Shown one piece after another: positions 52,292 to 63,286 of a DNA stretch of 64,000 nucleotides. Under the pieces are notes generated by a model. The model worked only from the letters and a program-made list of their open reading frames with translations. It did no database searches and was not told the origin of the DNA. The stretch is taken from positions 288,001 to 352,000 of the forward strand of contig CM000429.1 of assembly GCA_000165345.1 (NCBI GenBank), in the 5' to 3' direction. Each line of letters begins with the position of its first letter. Position 1 is the stretch's first letter. Both the position numbers and the translations under genes were made by a program.

Positions 52292-53640
52292 ATGTTAATT
52301 AATAGATGGGTAATATTTGCTTACTTATTTCAATTACTTTGGAGGTATATTATAAGTGAAGGAACTCAAATCAATGCAGCAACCGAAGAGAATGATGCTT
52401 ATAGGTATAATATCATAGCTGATGATCTTTTGAATATGGATTTTCCGGCGTATAAATTTAGAGATCTAAAAAGAAAGTCTAGAGTAATAATAGAGGCAAA
52501 TAATAGAATGTTGCATGTATTAGAGGATTTGTTAATAATTTCTGACGAAATCTTAGAAGGTTTTTCTGATCCTTCAAAAGAGCCATATTTTTTGGAGGAA
52601 TATAAATCTATCTCACTGGTAAGTCTTATTTTGAATGTAATTTAGTAATAGTAAATCAAAACCCTTAGGTTCCAAGTTCTTTGCTTAAGTTTTTAGTAGA
52701 TCACGTTGAAAAAATGTTAGAAAGCTTGCCTTCCTCAAAGCCAATAAGTTATTTTCTGTACAATGATGCAACTGAAGTTTATAGAAAGGCGCATATTGAA
52801 TTGCTAAAGGATTACAGAGTAGTAACAATAAGAGTTGCATGCAGGCTTTTAATCATCTCCGTATTGCTTTCCTCATTGGAGAACCTAGTTAATAAAGAGC
52901 ATTCAAAGAGTCTTAGCATTTCCTATCCATTTTTGGATGATATTATTATTCGCCCCAAATCCACAGCAAGGTCAAACGTTACAAAAGTTTTAAACAGAAT
53001 TTTGAACTCCATAAGAAATTATGGAAGGAGAATCAAAATAGGAATAAAGAAAAAGGTGGGTATGAGTGATGAATTTGAAATAATCGGTGCGGATTCTCCA
53101 GAAATAAATGAAAAGGAATTTCTTTCCGCTATTTATAATCACAGGCAAGGTTCGGTTAGATCTATATTTGGAAAAGATGAAGCAATCTTTGAAAACAAGC
53201 AAGAAGTTTTTCAGGTAATAAACAATTTTATAGGAAAACAAGAAAGAGACTCAGGAATATTACTACAAATCCTTGAAACAGTGATTAGAAAGGAGCTTGG
53301 AATCGAGAGTTCTCAAGAACTCCAATGGAACTCCGAAGCCAAAAGGAAACTTACAAATGTCTGTAGAGACAGCCATGTCCTGGAAATTTTACCAAATAGA
53401 ATAAAATTTAAAACATGTAGGCAGTTATTTAACAAGGCTGGTGAGATTTTGACGGGGTCTCACTTTAAGAATAGTGAAAAAGAAAGTCGTATGGCTGGAA
53501 GAGCAAATGTATTAAAAAAAATCAGAAGAATTTCTTCGATTAAGTTTATTCAGGTAAGTATCAAATTAAGCCAAACTGATATAAACAGATCTAATTCAGC
53601 TAAAATATATTCTCTTTTAGTCAATATTAATATACTATAA
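52292..53640 (+). CDS. hypothetical protein, at least two exons (possibly a third ending at 53746)
   Basis: Track ORFs 52277..52645 and 52681..53640 join in frame across a 50-nt GTAAGT…CCCTTAG intron (52619-52668): …EEYKSISL|VPSSLLKFLVDHVEKMLESL…. The first ATG is 52292 (MLINRWVIFAYLFQLLW…, hydrophobic N-terminus). A further GTAAGT donor at 53554 with acceptor TTTTAG at 53620 would replace the last 29 codons with a 41-codon exon ending at 53746. That third intron is speculative. Confidence 0.5.
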
Positions 53641-53766
53641 TGTGAATGACAAATTATTGAAAGATCAATTGGCCAAAGTAAGTAAGGGGACATTGAATAG
53701 AAGTCATAGAGCGAGATATTCAGAAATATTAAATGCTGAAGACTGAGAGTATGAGTACATATTAAG

Positions 53767-56124
53767 CTAACCCAAAATCATTCTTGTGCTGCTATCTAAC
53801 TTATTCATGGTGGAAAGCTGATCATTGCAAAGCTTTGGAATATCTCTAACCCAATTTAAATGACGATTCCATTCTTTAACCAGTGCATCCAATTTGGCAT
53901 TTGACTTATTAAAAATCTTTTCTTGGCTAAGAACTACCTCATTATTCTCTTTTATCAATGAGTGGACACGCTTTAATAAATAAGGTGCTTGAGAAATTAC
54001 CTCCTTACAACTTTCAAATTGCTCAGAAGTTTCTTTAACTACTGAACATTTCATGATAAGATTTAGAGGTTTAATAAACTTTTCTAATTTGGCAGTAGTT
54101 TTAGAAGAATTCACTTGAGGAGCGCTATTCTTCTTTATTAGCTCTATTTGTTTTTCTATATTAATCATCTTATTATTTGCATGCACGCTGGATTGTTTGA
54201 GGTTATTTAAATGGTCTTCAATATTTATAAGAGGGGATAAAACTTCTTTACGAAGTTTCCTCTTTGTAGTTGGAAGTCTTGCCTTAATATTCTTTAACCC
54301 ACTTCCCTGTGTTCTTTCATCGACAGTCTGTCTAAGAGAAGCTATAATACTTATGACCTTGTTAATTGCTTCTTCGCTTGACTCTACCAGTTCATTCCTA
54401 AGGTCTGGACTTACGTCAATAGACTTGAAAATATTGTTTGTCTGATTTCCTTTGTCAGAGCCTTCCTTTTTCAATCTAGATAAGTTCTTCTTAAGTGACA
54501 TTGTTATGTCCAAAGAAAGTAAATAAGAATAGGAGTATAATGAGCTTGGCACAGATTCATTCTTGGCTGAGGACAAAATGATTTCGGAGTAGACTTTATT
54601 GGTGAATTGAAGTTTTTCTAGAGAGTTTAGCATAATACTCGTGGAATTATTAATATACATATATACATGATCAAGTTCATTAGCTAATAAATTAATGTGT
54701 TGAATAAGCTTTTGAATCTCTTTGGAAGAAAGCTTATCTGAAAATTTTTCCTGTAAAATATCAATTTTTTTAAAATCTGGAAAAAAAGGAAGACCCTTTG
54801 CGTTTCTATTTTCTAATAAAACCCCTTGACTAGATTTCGTTTTAGAAAACTGGTAAGGTAATATTTTGGTTGGATTAAGTTTTGTCTTACTTAAAGAGCT
54901 TTTATCAAAATCTCTGTCATTTAAAATATTATCTAATTGAGATAAACTTTCCAGTTCTTTCTTATTCTTCTCAAAGTTATAAGAACATAAATCCACCAAA
55001 TTCTTGTCATATGTTATATTTATATATGAGACATGTGCTAAAGTCTCTCTTAATATTTCAAAACTTTGTTCATATAAAACAAGTACATTAGAAACCGACT
55101 TCATCATATAAATAAGTTTCTTTTCCAGAGGGACCAAAATGTGTTTATACTTTAAACAGTTTTTTAGCTGCTTCAATTGTTTGTTTGCTCTATTTAACTC
55201 CATGAGAACTATTTTCGAAAGAGGGGATGAAACAAAAATTGTGTTTTCAGGTAAATATTCTTGTAGTTCAATAATGCTACCGATAATATTTTGTTCAATA
55301 CTTTTCATTGTATCTTGATCAATAAATCCGCTTAAAGTAAGATAAGGTTCTAGTTCTTTACTTCTAGACAGATTTTTCTTATGTTCATCCAAAAGTAGAA
55401 TAAGATTGAAGACTTTACTACATTTATTCACTCGGTTAATTGCTTGGCTAAGGTCGTTATGAATAGATTTTGCAGCTACTTGAAAAATATCGCCAATGTC
55501 TTTATTATGCTGTTTTAAAACTCCTAATAAATGGCTAGAAAGTTTTGTTGAAATGAAATGTTCGATATCCTGTTGTAAGCCAACACATAAGTCTTTTTTT
55601 CGTATAAATGAATCTTTGTTGTCAAACATATTCTCTTGTTGGTTTTGAAAGTTTTCAAGTAACCGAATACAAAAATCGATCTCAAACTTCTTCGTATTGA
55701 TATAATCCAAAAAATAAATAAACTCCTTCAAGGTGCGTACTTGATCTGACTCTTGAAGAATATTAAAGTTTTTGGTCCAAAGATGAATTGAGTCTCTAAA
55801 AACTGACATTTCACTGCTAAAAGTCTTAGAATCAACAATATTTTCCTTTAGAAGTCTCAACAATGAACTCTCGCAGACTAATTTAACACTTTCCTCCTTA
55901 GACAAAATTCTCTTTTGTGTAGCAACTGTGTTCTCTAATTTGCTATTCAAATTAATTAATTCAACGTTACTTGTAAACTTTGACTTTTCCACAAAAAAAT
56001 CAAGTAACTGTTGATACCTGTCATTGTTTTTAGTTTTCTTTGAGTTCCAAAGCTTGATTTGAGCCTCGGAAGCAATAATAATTGACAGAAGCAAAAATAT
56101 AAATAGAATAACCCATGAATTCAT
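53767..56124 (-). CDS. secreted coiled-coil hypothetical protein (785 aa) with signal peptide
   Basis: ATG at 56124. MNSWVILFIFLLLSIIIASEAQIKL is a signal peptide. The remainder is K/E/L/N-rich and helical or coiled-coil in character. No homolog recognised. Confidence 0.65.
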   Translation of the reverse strand: MNSWVILFIFLLLSIIIASEAQIKLWNSKKTKNNDRYQQLLDFFVEKSKFTSNVELINLNSKLENTVATQKRILSKEESVKLVCESSLLRLLKENIVDSKTFSSEMSVFRDSIHLWTKNFNILQESDQVRTLKEFIYFLDYINTKKFEIDFCIRLLENFQNQQENMFDNKDSFIRKKDLCVGLQQDIEHFISTKLSSHLLGVLKQHNKDIGDIFQVAAKSIHNDLSQAINRVNKCSKVFNLILLLDEHKKNLSRSKELEPYLTLSGFIDQDTMKSIEQNIIGSIIELQEYLPENTIFVSSPLSKIVLMELNRANKQLKQLKNCLKYKHILVPLEKKLIYMMKSVSNVLVLYEQSFEILRETLAHVSYINITYDKNLVDLCSYNFEKNKKELESLSQLDNILNDRDFDKSSLSKTKLNPTKILPYQFSKTKSSQGVLLENRNAKGLPFFPDFKKIDILQEKFSDKLSSKEIQKLIQHINLLANELDHVYMYINNSTSIMLNSLEKLQFTNKVYSEIILSSAKNESVPSSLYSYSYLLSLDITMSLKKNLSRLKKEGSDKGNQTNNIFKSIDVSPDLRNELVESSEEAINKVISIIASLRQTVDERTQGSGLKNIKARLPTTKRKLRKEVLSPLINIEDHLNNLKQSSVHANNKMINIEKQIELIKKNSAPQVNSSKTTAKLEKFIKPLNLIMKCSVVKETSEQFESCKEVISQAPYLLKRVHSLIKENNEVVLSQEKIFNKSNAKLDALVKEWNRHLNWVRDIPKLCNDQLSTMNKLDSSTRMILG

Positions 56125-56323
56125 TTTGACTTGATAAAATCGATGCTTGAAATTATAGTTTTAAAAAGAGCAATTCTTGCAAAAAAAAAATTATACCAAC
56201 CTGAAACTATATTCTCCTTATTACCATAATATTGTCGTAGCTAACGCTGCAACTCTTTATTATAATTTACCTTTATCTTTTATAAAGAATCAACAAACTC
56301 CTATTCTACCTAAAGGGATATAA

Positions 56324-56347
56324 GGGCGCGCCTTTGGCGGGCAAAAA
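56324..56347. promoter_or_regulatory. tandem E2F-like sites GGGCGCGCC and TTTGGCGGGCAAAAA in the divergent spacer between the 785-aa secreted-protein gene and the 56678 gene
   Basis: Two adjacent GC-rich E2F-like cores. Confidence 0.5.
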
Positions 56348-56677
56348 TCGTTTTTTTTGCATTGCAAGAAAAAAAATGAAGAAATGCAACCTATGGAAAA
56401 AATAAGGATGAAACATTGAATAAGCTTAGAAACAAGCTATTTTCTCAACAAATAATTACAGACCTCTGAGTTATTTGTATGAGTTTTCTTCTCATTTTAT
56501 TCTTCAAAAGCAAATCTCAATTTATTTAAAAATATGCAAATGGCGGAATTTGTATATCCCCACAATCACATGTGTAGTAATTTATAATACTAAAAATTAA
56601 TAAAAATATTACTCTAGTGGGGAGAAAATAGTATATGATAAACATGATATTCTGATTTCAATTTATATTGATGTATC

Positions 56678-59600
56678 ATGTATGATAGACCACATCTAAA
56701 TGGGGCATTCAGAAGAGGCTCCAGCCTTGACTCCTTAATGGACTCGAACAAAAGAAATCAAGTTAGGAGGTTTAGTCAAAGTGGCATGGCCTCAACTACT
56801 CGAGAAGAACGGCCCATAATCAGCTCTATAGAACGTGAAGCAAAAACTCAAGAGAGATTGAGAAGATTGTCAATGAGCATTAAGTCAGGAGGTAAGAGTA
56901 TTAAGTGTAACAATGAATTTCCTCAAAATAAGATTCAAATAGAACAAATACTTCTATATATAAATACAGGTGCAAAATATAACAGCGACATTTACGAAAA
57001 GAAAGAAGATTATGAACGAATGGTATATGAAATATTTTCTGTAGGAGGGTATTGTTGTGATTTAATGGTGAGTTCGTTTAAGAATATTGTGAGTAATCCC
57101 AAAGTCAATGGTGTGAATATGACCAGAATGGACCGTCTATTGAATTTCCTGTCATTTGTTCAGGATTTATTCAAGAACTACTGCAGTCCAGAAATTGTTA
57201 GCATGGCCCCAAAACAAAGAGTTCAAAGTTGGAAAGTCTTAAATCCATCCCAGGATTATCGTTCTAGAAGTTTATCAAACATATATAATACAGATAGTAA
57301 TAACCTAAACGAAAGTGAGAGATTTCGTAAAATTGAAAGGAAGCTTTTAGAATCTGTTTCTAAGAAAGCTGTTCAAAATAATAATTTGAAAAAAGACCTT
57401 TTAGAAAAATATAAAATCGAAAAGGATAACAAAAATTTGATTAGTACAAAAAACTCCCAAAGCCCTTATGATCTTATTAGACGACGGTATCTTGGAGAAT
57501 TGAAGAAAACTCTTGTTAATGATAGCCAAATACTAAATCGAGAATTGTCCAGACCAAAGTCAAGCGAAGGAGGCGTTAAGAAGATTTTCGAGTCCTTGCG
57601 TTATTCTAGAAAAAAAATTGGCGAAGATGAAAATAGGGCAAGATCATTATCAAATATACCAATCTCTAGAGACTTTGCTTCTGAGATCAAAATAGTCAGA
57701 AGTAGATCTGAGAATTCTTTGAAATTGGAAGAGGCTAAGTTAAATATCAAGAAATTAGAAGACCAACGAATTCAAGGACTACAGAGACTAATAGACAAAC
57801 TTAAAGAAGTTAAGCTGGGTTCAAGTAGTCGCGAATCTAAAGCCATAGAAAGTCCAGAAAACAACTCAATATCCTTGCATGATAGTAAGAAATTAACTAG
57901 AAAAATAAGTGAAGTTAGTTCCACGCCTATCTCTAGCTCTTTGATTTACGAGAAATTAATTCAGGCTCAAATAGAGCATTCAAATACTTTGAATAAGAAT
58001 ATTGGGCCAGAAGAGTGTTTATCTGAGGAAGCCAGTGATGAAAATAACTCAAAGGAAAGTACTCACAAAATTAAACGACATTGGGAATTGGACACACCAT
58101 TTATTCACTATAGAAATATTGGATTCAATAAGGATTTGAAGCAAGATCATATAAAGGAAATTTACGACAAACCTGTTGTTGGTTATCAGAGCAATGAAGT
58201 TGAACAGGCATTCATACCATGTATACCCCCAGTAAGATACGAATATTCTGAAATTAAAGAACCGAATAGTGGTGAAAATCAACATACCACTACCAAGTCT
58301 ATTTTGGAACTAAATTCTCAAATTGATCAGGAGCCTATTGAAAAACAAATAAAGTTAGAAGGCTCAGTTGATGAAATAGTTCAATTTGACCATTTAGTAC
58401 CACCAGAAGCTGTTGCTTCAGATTCAAAAGAAGTTATAGAGCCAGAAATTGTTTCCGAAAGTGATTTGAATAATTTAGATTTGCAAATTAAAATAATGGA
58501 TCCGATGCTCGTTCATGAATTAGAGAACGATTACATTGATGAGGCTCAAAAAACGCCTTCAAACAAAGATGTGCGTAATTCTCCAAGTGAAGATGCTACT
58601 GAATGTTTATCTGTTGTAATTACAGATCCTCAGAAGGCTCTTGATGACAAAATTACTTTAAATGTAGTTTCTATCGAAGATGAGCAGACTTCCAAACGAA
58701 AGCATGGACTGGAGGATTCTCCTCTGGAACCTATTAAAATCCTTAAGGACGGTGAGGTTACAGTCGAAGAGATCAGCAAAATAACTGACAAGCTGGAAGA
58801 TATAACTATGGTGAATGAAAGTTTGATTAAGAGAATCGAAAACTTGCCGATTGAAAACATTGATCTTTCAAATGAAAATGGACTATCGATTTTGAACTCT
58901 TGTGCTAGCAACTCAGAAAGGAACTCTCCCGAAAATAAGAAGGATATCAATATGGATAGACTACAAAATATTGAATATTTCACCTCGGGAGATGAAGAAC
59001 TTAGAAGTAAAATTGAAGAGTACAATTATTGGTTTGAAAATGCAAGCTCTGGGAATTATTATGAGTTGAATTTGGACGGATTGAATTTAGAGGAGTTTTA
59101 CTACAAAAATATCGAGTCAATTCCCAGGTGTTATGATGAGTTAATTGACATGTCAGAAAGCTCCATAATTAATTTATGCAATATTATCTTTAATAGGTTG
59201 CCCGAGCTCATTTTAGAGCAAATGGAGAGAAGTACCGAAAATAATATGGGGGAAAGCAAAGCTAGCATAGGTATTGAAGCTTTAGCTTATTACGAGCTAA
59301 GCGAAGAGGACCTTCTTTTCTTTATTCACGAAAAGGTGATGAAAGATCCAAGCTATCTAGGGTTCAAGTCATCTATTCGAGGGGAAATCTATCCTCCCGA
59401 TGATAACTTTATCCTGCTAATTATTGACCTTATAAGAGAGTTGGTACAAGAATGGAGAGATGATACATCTAATTCCTGGAGAACGCCAATCACAGATGAA
59501 TTGATTTCCAGGAAAGTGACAGATATTATATGTAATTCATATGAGCCTTATTTGTCAGAAGTAGGTTCTGAAGAATGGGTATTAAAAAAGGTGTTTCATG

Positions 59601-59830
59601 CACCTCATTACCCCAATATTCTTGAGTCTGAAAAAGAGTTTCTCAACATTGAACATTTGTTCAAGTACCATTCGTGTGAGGATTCAATCACAAATGAGTA
59701 TATTAATATGGACCGTCAAAAGTGGCTTCAGACAAGTGGTCTCTATATACCACTATTAAATGAGGTTATCGAACAAATTCTTCATGAATCAATTGATCGT
59801 GCAATTCTAGAATTAAAGCCTCGCAATTAA
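56678..59830 (+). CDS. hypothetical low-complexity protein (1050 aa)
   Basis: ATG ORF with an S/K/E/N-rich N-terminal two-thirds and a more ordered C-terminal roughly 300 aa. No family recognised. Confidence 0.55.
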   Translation: MYDRPHLNGAFRRGSSLDSLMDSNKRNQVRRFSQSGMASTTREERPIISSIEREAKTQERLRRLSMSIKSGGKSIKCNNEFPQNKIQIEQILLYINTGAKYNSDIYEKKEDYERMVYEIFSVGGYCCDLMVSSFKNIVSNPKVNGVNMTRMDRLLNFLSFVQDLFKNYCSPEIVSMAPKQRVQSWKVLNPSQDYRSRSLSNIYNTDSNNLNESERFRKIERKLLESVSKKAVQNNNLKKDLLEKYKIEKDNKNLISTKNSQSPYDLIRRRYLGELKKTLVNDSQILNRELSRPKSSEGGVKKIFESLRYSRKKIGEDENRARSLSNIPISRDFASEIKIVRSRSENSLKLEEAKLNIKKLEDQRIQGLQRLIDKLKEVKLGSSSRESKAIESPENNSISLHDSKKLTRKISEVSSTPISSSLIYEKLIQAQIEHSNTLNKNIGPEECLSEEASDENNSKESTHKIKRHWELDTPFIHYRNIGFNKDLKQDHIKEIYDKPVVGYQSNEVEQAFIPCIPPVRYEYSEIKEPNSGENQHTTTKSILELNSQIDQEPIEKQIKLEGSVDEIVQFDHLVPPEAVASDSKEVIEPEIVSESDLNNLDLQIKIMDPMLVHELENDYIDEAQKTPSNKDVRNSPSEDATECLSVVITDPQKALDDKITLNVVSIEDEQTSKRKHGLEDSPLEPIKILKDGEVTVEEISKITDKLEDITMVNESLIKRIENLPIENIDLSNENGLSILNSCASNSERNSPENKKDINMDRLQNIEYFTSGDEELRSKIEEYNYWFENASSGNYYELNLDGLNLEEFYYKNIESIPRCYDELIDMSESSIINLCNIIFNRLPELILEQMERSTENNMGESKASIGIEALAYYELSEEDLLFFIHEKVMKDPSYLGFKSSIRGEIYPPDDNFILLIIDLIRELVQEWRDDTSNSWRTPITDELISRKVTDIICNSYEPYLSEVGSEEWVLKKVFHAPHYPNILESEKEFLNIEHLFKYHSCEDSITNEYINMDRQKWLQTSGLYIPLLNEVIEQILHESIDRAILELKPRN

Positions 59831-59870
59831 TTTGTTTTAGATTTAAATAGGTACTCTATAATTAACATAA

Positions 59871-59879
59871 TTTGGCGCC
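59871..59879. promoter_or_regulatory. E2F-type motif TTTGGCGCC, about 90 nt upstream of the 59962 gene
   Basis: Seen directly in the sequence. Confidence 0.55.
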
Positions 59880-59961
59880 TTTGCACAATTTTTTTTAGTA
59901 TGTAAACTTTAAATATTTTTAAAAACCGAATTAATTGATATAAGGACGCATGTAGGTCAAA

Positions 59962-61959
59962 ATGGAGTTTTCTTCAAGCGAGTTCTTGGAAAAAATTATT
60001 CCATGTAGCGAAAAACTGGAAGCTTTACTCGGAGAATATGTCTCAGAGTGTATATTATGGAATGAGGTAAAACAGGTTTTTGAGTTAAATGGACAAAAGA
60101 TTAAGAAGTTTTCCGAAGAGATATCAAAAATTGAAATCTCTAAGACTGATATTATCCACTCAATTATGCTGGTATTAATAAAAAGGGAAGAACCTAATGA
60201 TGATAGCAAAATTGTCATGATGAAGGATAGACAAATTTTAATTTTATCTACAAGTACTTTATTCTTAGTTAATAGTGGATATTTCGATATCGTATTTTGG
60301 CTTGATATAATTTTAGATATCTCCAACCTTTTTAAAGTCCACGGATTGGTGGCATTTACCAAGTGGATTTGCGGATGTTTTGAAGAGTTTAACTGGGCAA
60401 TTTCTAATCCCAGTATTCCGTTTAATAAAAGAGGTTTGGCTGAGGAAGGTGTTGAGCAATCAACTTCTGGATGTGACCTTTCTCCTTCTGTAGCTGCTCA
60501 ACGACAACTTGCTCAGGCAAAATTTGTAGGTTTGTTAAAAGTAATCAGCAGAAGGCTCATTGGATATCGTTGCTTTATAGAGGCTGGCATGCTTAGAAGC
60601 TTTGTATTTTCAATACTTCCAAGCAACCAGGCAGGAATATGTAGGAAGGCTTTCACTCCTAGACCTTACTCTTCAGTAAATGTAGATGAACAAATGGAAA
60701 GTATTACTGAAGCTGTCACTTTAATAGATGACTTTGAAGCTCTCTCGGACAATGATACAGATAAGGAAGAGGGAGAAATGTCAAAAGAAAAAGAAGACTA
60801 TAATTCTGGTATTATTAAAAGCGACTTTCAGCATATTCTAGATCCCTCTAAATCTGTTAAAAGCGTATTTGAAGCTTATAAAAGAGTAGACAACTTTTTT
60901 CAAACATCAACTGATTTTCTGAATTCAATGATTGATAATTCAGAAACTTTGTCCTCTAGCAAAAAAAAACAAATTGATGATATATGTAAAGACGTTGAAA
61001 TGATTGTCTCATACTTTGAGGATTATAACTATATGGATATCCAGGACCCAGTGACTCATTTCCAAGGATTGGTCTCAACTTTAGAAGGAATTCCCTCAAG
61101 CTTAGAATCGCTTTATTTCAGAATTAATTTTGCATACAGATTTTCTTTTATAGTATGTTGCCAACTGAATCAAGTAATTGATGGTTGCAAGCATGCATGC
61201 GAATATATGCATAATAAAATGGTTCCTCTTTTAAAAAGATGCCTAGGATCAGTTGATAAATTTAAAAATAAAAATATTTCTTCTGCAACACTTTTTATTA
61301 ATCTTATGATTAAATATGAATTTCTTTGGCAAAGCTGGAAAAATAACAATTGTGTTGATATTTCTATTCCTCCAGAAAAACTTAAACCATTACTTGAAAT
61401 GACAAAATCTCCTACTGAGGAAAGAAATGACTCCAAGAAAAGAAGAATTGAAGAAAGTAAATGCGTTACGAAGTTCATTGATGATGAGACATTTAATAAA
61501 TATATGTCTTTCATTCAAAACTTTTCCAACTCTGATAGTAATAAAGATTCTGATTCTATTAAAATAAGAAATATAAATCTTCCAAACTTCACAACTGAAA
61601 GAGAATTGTTATATTTGGATCCCATTAATCTTGACTCATACTCTTCAAAGAGCGTAAATTCTAAGATTATTAGTAAATTTAATGACTATAAGGAAAAAAT
61701 TCTTATTGATTTAGACCCAGATAATGGAATTGATGAATCTGAAAAAAGTATCAAAGATCCTATAATTAGATGGAGATGCGACAGACTTTACAAGAGAATA
61801 CATTTAGATCGCTTAAACGAGCTCTCAGATATCCAACTATCAATCAGCAATGTTGAACATCTCATTCAAAATTGTGACACAGAAAAAAACAACAATTTAC
61901 CCAACACAGACAAATTTGAGTTTTTAAATATTTACTCTCCACTTGAGGATAACCAATAG
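59962..61959 (+). CDS. hypothetical protein (665 aa)
   Basis: ATG ORF, mixed composition, about 90 nt downstream of an E2F-type motif. Family unknown. Confidence 0.55.
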   Translation: MEFSSSEFLEKIIPCSEKLEALLGEYVSECILWNEVKQVFELNGQKIKKFSEEISKIEISKTDIIHSIMLVLIKREEPNDDSKIVMMKDRQILILSTSTLFLVNSGYFDIVFWLDIILDISNLFKVHGLVAFTKWICGCFEEFNWAISNPSIPFNKRGLAEEGVEQSTSGCDLSPSVAAQRQLAQAKFVGLLKVISRRLIGYRCFIEAGMLRSFVFSILPSNQAGICRKAFTPRPYSSVNVDEQMESITEAVTLIDDFEALSDNDTDKEEGEMSKEKEDYNSGIIKSDFQHILDPSKSVKSVFEAYKRVDNFFQTSTDFLNSMIDNSETLSSSKKKQIDDICKDVEMIVSYFEDYNYMDIQDPVTHFQGLVSTLEGIPSSLESLYFRINFAYRFSFIVCCQLNQVIDGCKHACEYMHNKMVPLLKRCLGSVDKFKNKNISSATLFINLMIKYEFLWQSWKNNNCVDISIPPEKLKPLLEMTKSPTEERNDSKKRRIEESKCVTKFIDDETFNKYMSFIQNFSNSDSNKDSDSIKIRNINLPNFTTERELLYLDPINLDSYSSKSVNSKIISKFNDYKEKILIDLDPDNGIDESEKSIKDPIIRWRCDRLYKRIHLDRLNELSDIQLSISNVEHLIQNCDTEKNNNLPNTDKFEFLNIYSPLEDNQ

Positions 61960-62111
61960 CGTGCTACTTATATATTCTATATATAAATCTCTATATTGTA
62001 ATTTCCCAGAACTTAAGAAAAGTAAACAATTAGCCATAAATTTAGAAGAGAATTTAAATAAATAATTCTTAAGTTAATGAATCCTAAGGTTGTCTAAAAT
62101 ATGGAACCAAT

Positions 62112-62795
62112 TTAGGTTCCCTTATATATTGGATAATTGCCAGCTTGTCCAGCCGCAGAATTAGACGATGATGAAATGTCACTAAGCTTATATGATTTTC
62201 CTGTGAATGGAGTATACATTACAGGTGAAGGTGCACTGGTATTGCTTATATTAATGTTTGCTGTACTAGGATTTCCTGCTTCATTAGCCCCACTTGCTGT
62301 ATTTTCATTGGCTAAAGCCCCTGTGTTTGCTCCATTCCAGGGATTTATAAATTGATTCAATAGTTCATCGGTCTCCTCGACAAAATGAATATTCTTAAAT
62401 ATATTGTAGCTAATAATACATGCGAGGACTGAAAGTATTGGTGTAGCTATAGTAATTGCAAATTTTAACTTATCAACTAATTTTATTTCTGAAAATAAGA
62501 GTGTATTTCTCTTTATCCATTCAAATGCTATTAGTGACAATAAAATTCCTCTTACAAATGATATAGTAATAAATAAAAAAAATGCGCATGGAGACTTTTC
62601 AGTATATACCACATAACCCAAGTAAATCATCCATCCTTCAAAAAAGGTGCTTATGACATCAGTAAGCGTCACAATTCTCATCAAAAGCACAATGAACTGT
62701 AAAAATAAGATAAAAGCGAACGCATACTTTAGTTTCTTAGTAAATGGTGTCTCCTCTGCTCTGTAGCTAAAGCCTAAGACCGAGTAAGTAAACAT
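62112..62795 (-). CDS. four-pass integral membrane protein with N/G/A-rich C-terminal tail
   Basis: Four hydrophobic helices: YAFAFILFLQFIVLLMRIV, FFEGWMIYLGYVVY, AFFLFITISFVRGILLSLIAFEW, FAITIATPILSVLACIISYNIF. Confidence 0.5.
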   Translation of the reverse strand: MFTYSVLGFSYRAEETPFTKKLKYAFAFILFLQFIVLLMRIVTLTDVISTFFEGWMIYLGYVVYTEKSPCAFFLFITISFVRGILLSLIAFEWIKRNTLLFSEIKLVDKLKFAITIATPILSVLACIISYNIFKNIHFVEETDELLNQFINPWNGANTGALANENTASGANEAGNPSTANINISNTSAPSPVMYTPFTGKSYKLSDISSSSNSAAGQAGNYPIYKGT

Positions 62796-63286
62796 CTTCT
62801 ACATAAACAAATTATATTTAGCTTATTTCTCTCAGCCAGTTATCCAATTTATTTGAATTTTTGAACAAATTACACAATTATAACCAACTAATAAGCTTTC
62901 AAAACACATCCAAAGTTCCAAACACGAATCGATCAAATTGTATGCTTGAATTCAAACTTCTGGCCCTTGAGTAGCAATATTGTGTATAGCTACTAATAAC
63001 TTGTTTTACTTGAGTTCTGAACTCTCAATTTTTAAACCCCCTGTTGTCGTTTACCTTAAGTTAGTAATTGGCACGAGGAGAATTCCCGCCTAAATTTAGA
63101 TCTTAATTGGGTGCAGAAAAGGTCAATTTATTTTAAATAATATTAATTGATCTTTCCCAATTTGTGTTTTCTATTTTAAAAGATCAATGTTTTAATAATA
63201 AAATTTACAATTGTTCGTTAGAACTTGAGCTACTTTCCCAATTCTTACAGTTAAACTAAAATTGAGGTTTGAAGCCAAAATTAACA

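Noticed and set aside
1687-61514. Many 60-160-aa ORFs nested in or antisense to the large genes, e.g. 1687..1872, 2727..2939, 4738..5184, 8085..8510, 13443..13655, 16552..17025, 19117..19413, 32870..33146, 58630..59025, 61170..61514
   Set aside because: All are fully contained within longer ORFs that have domain homology or coherent composition. They have skewed, low-complexity translations typical of chance ORFs in AT-rich DNA.
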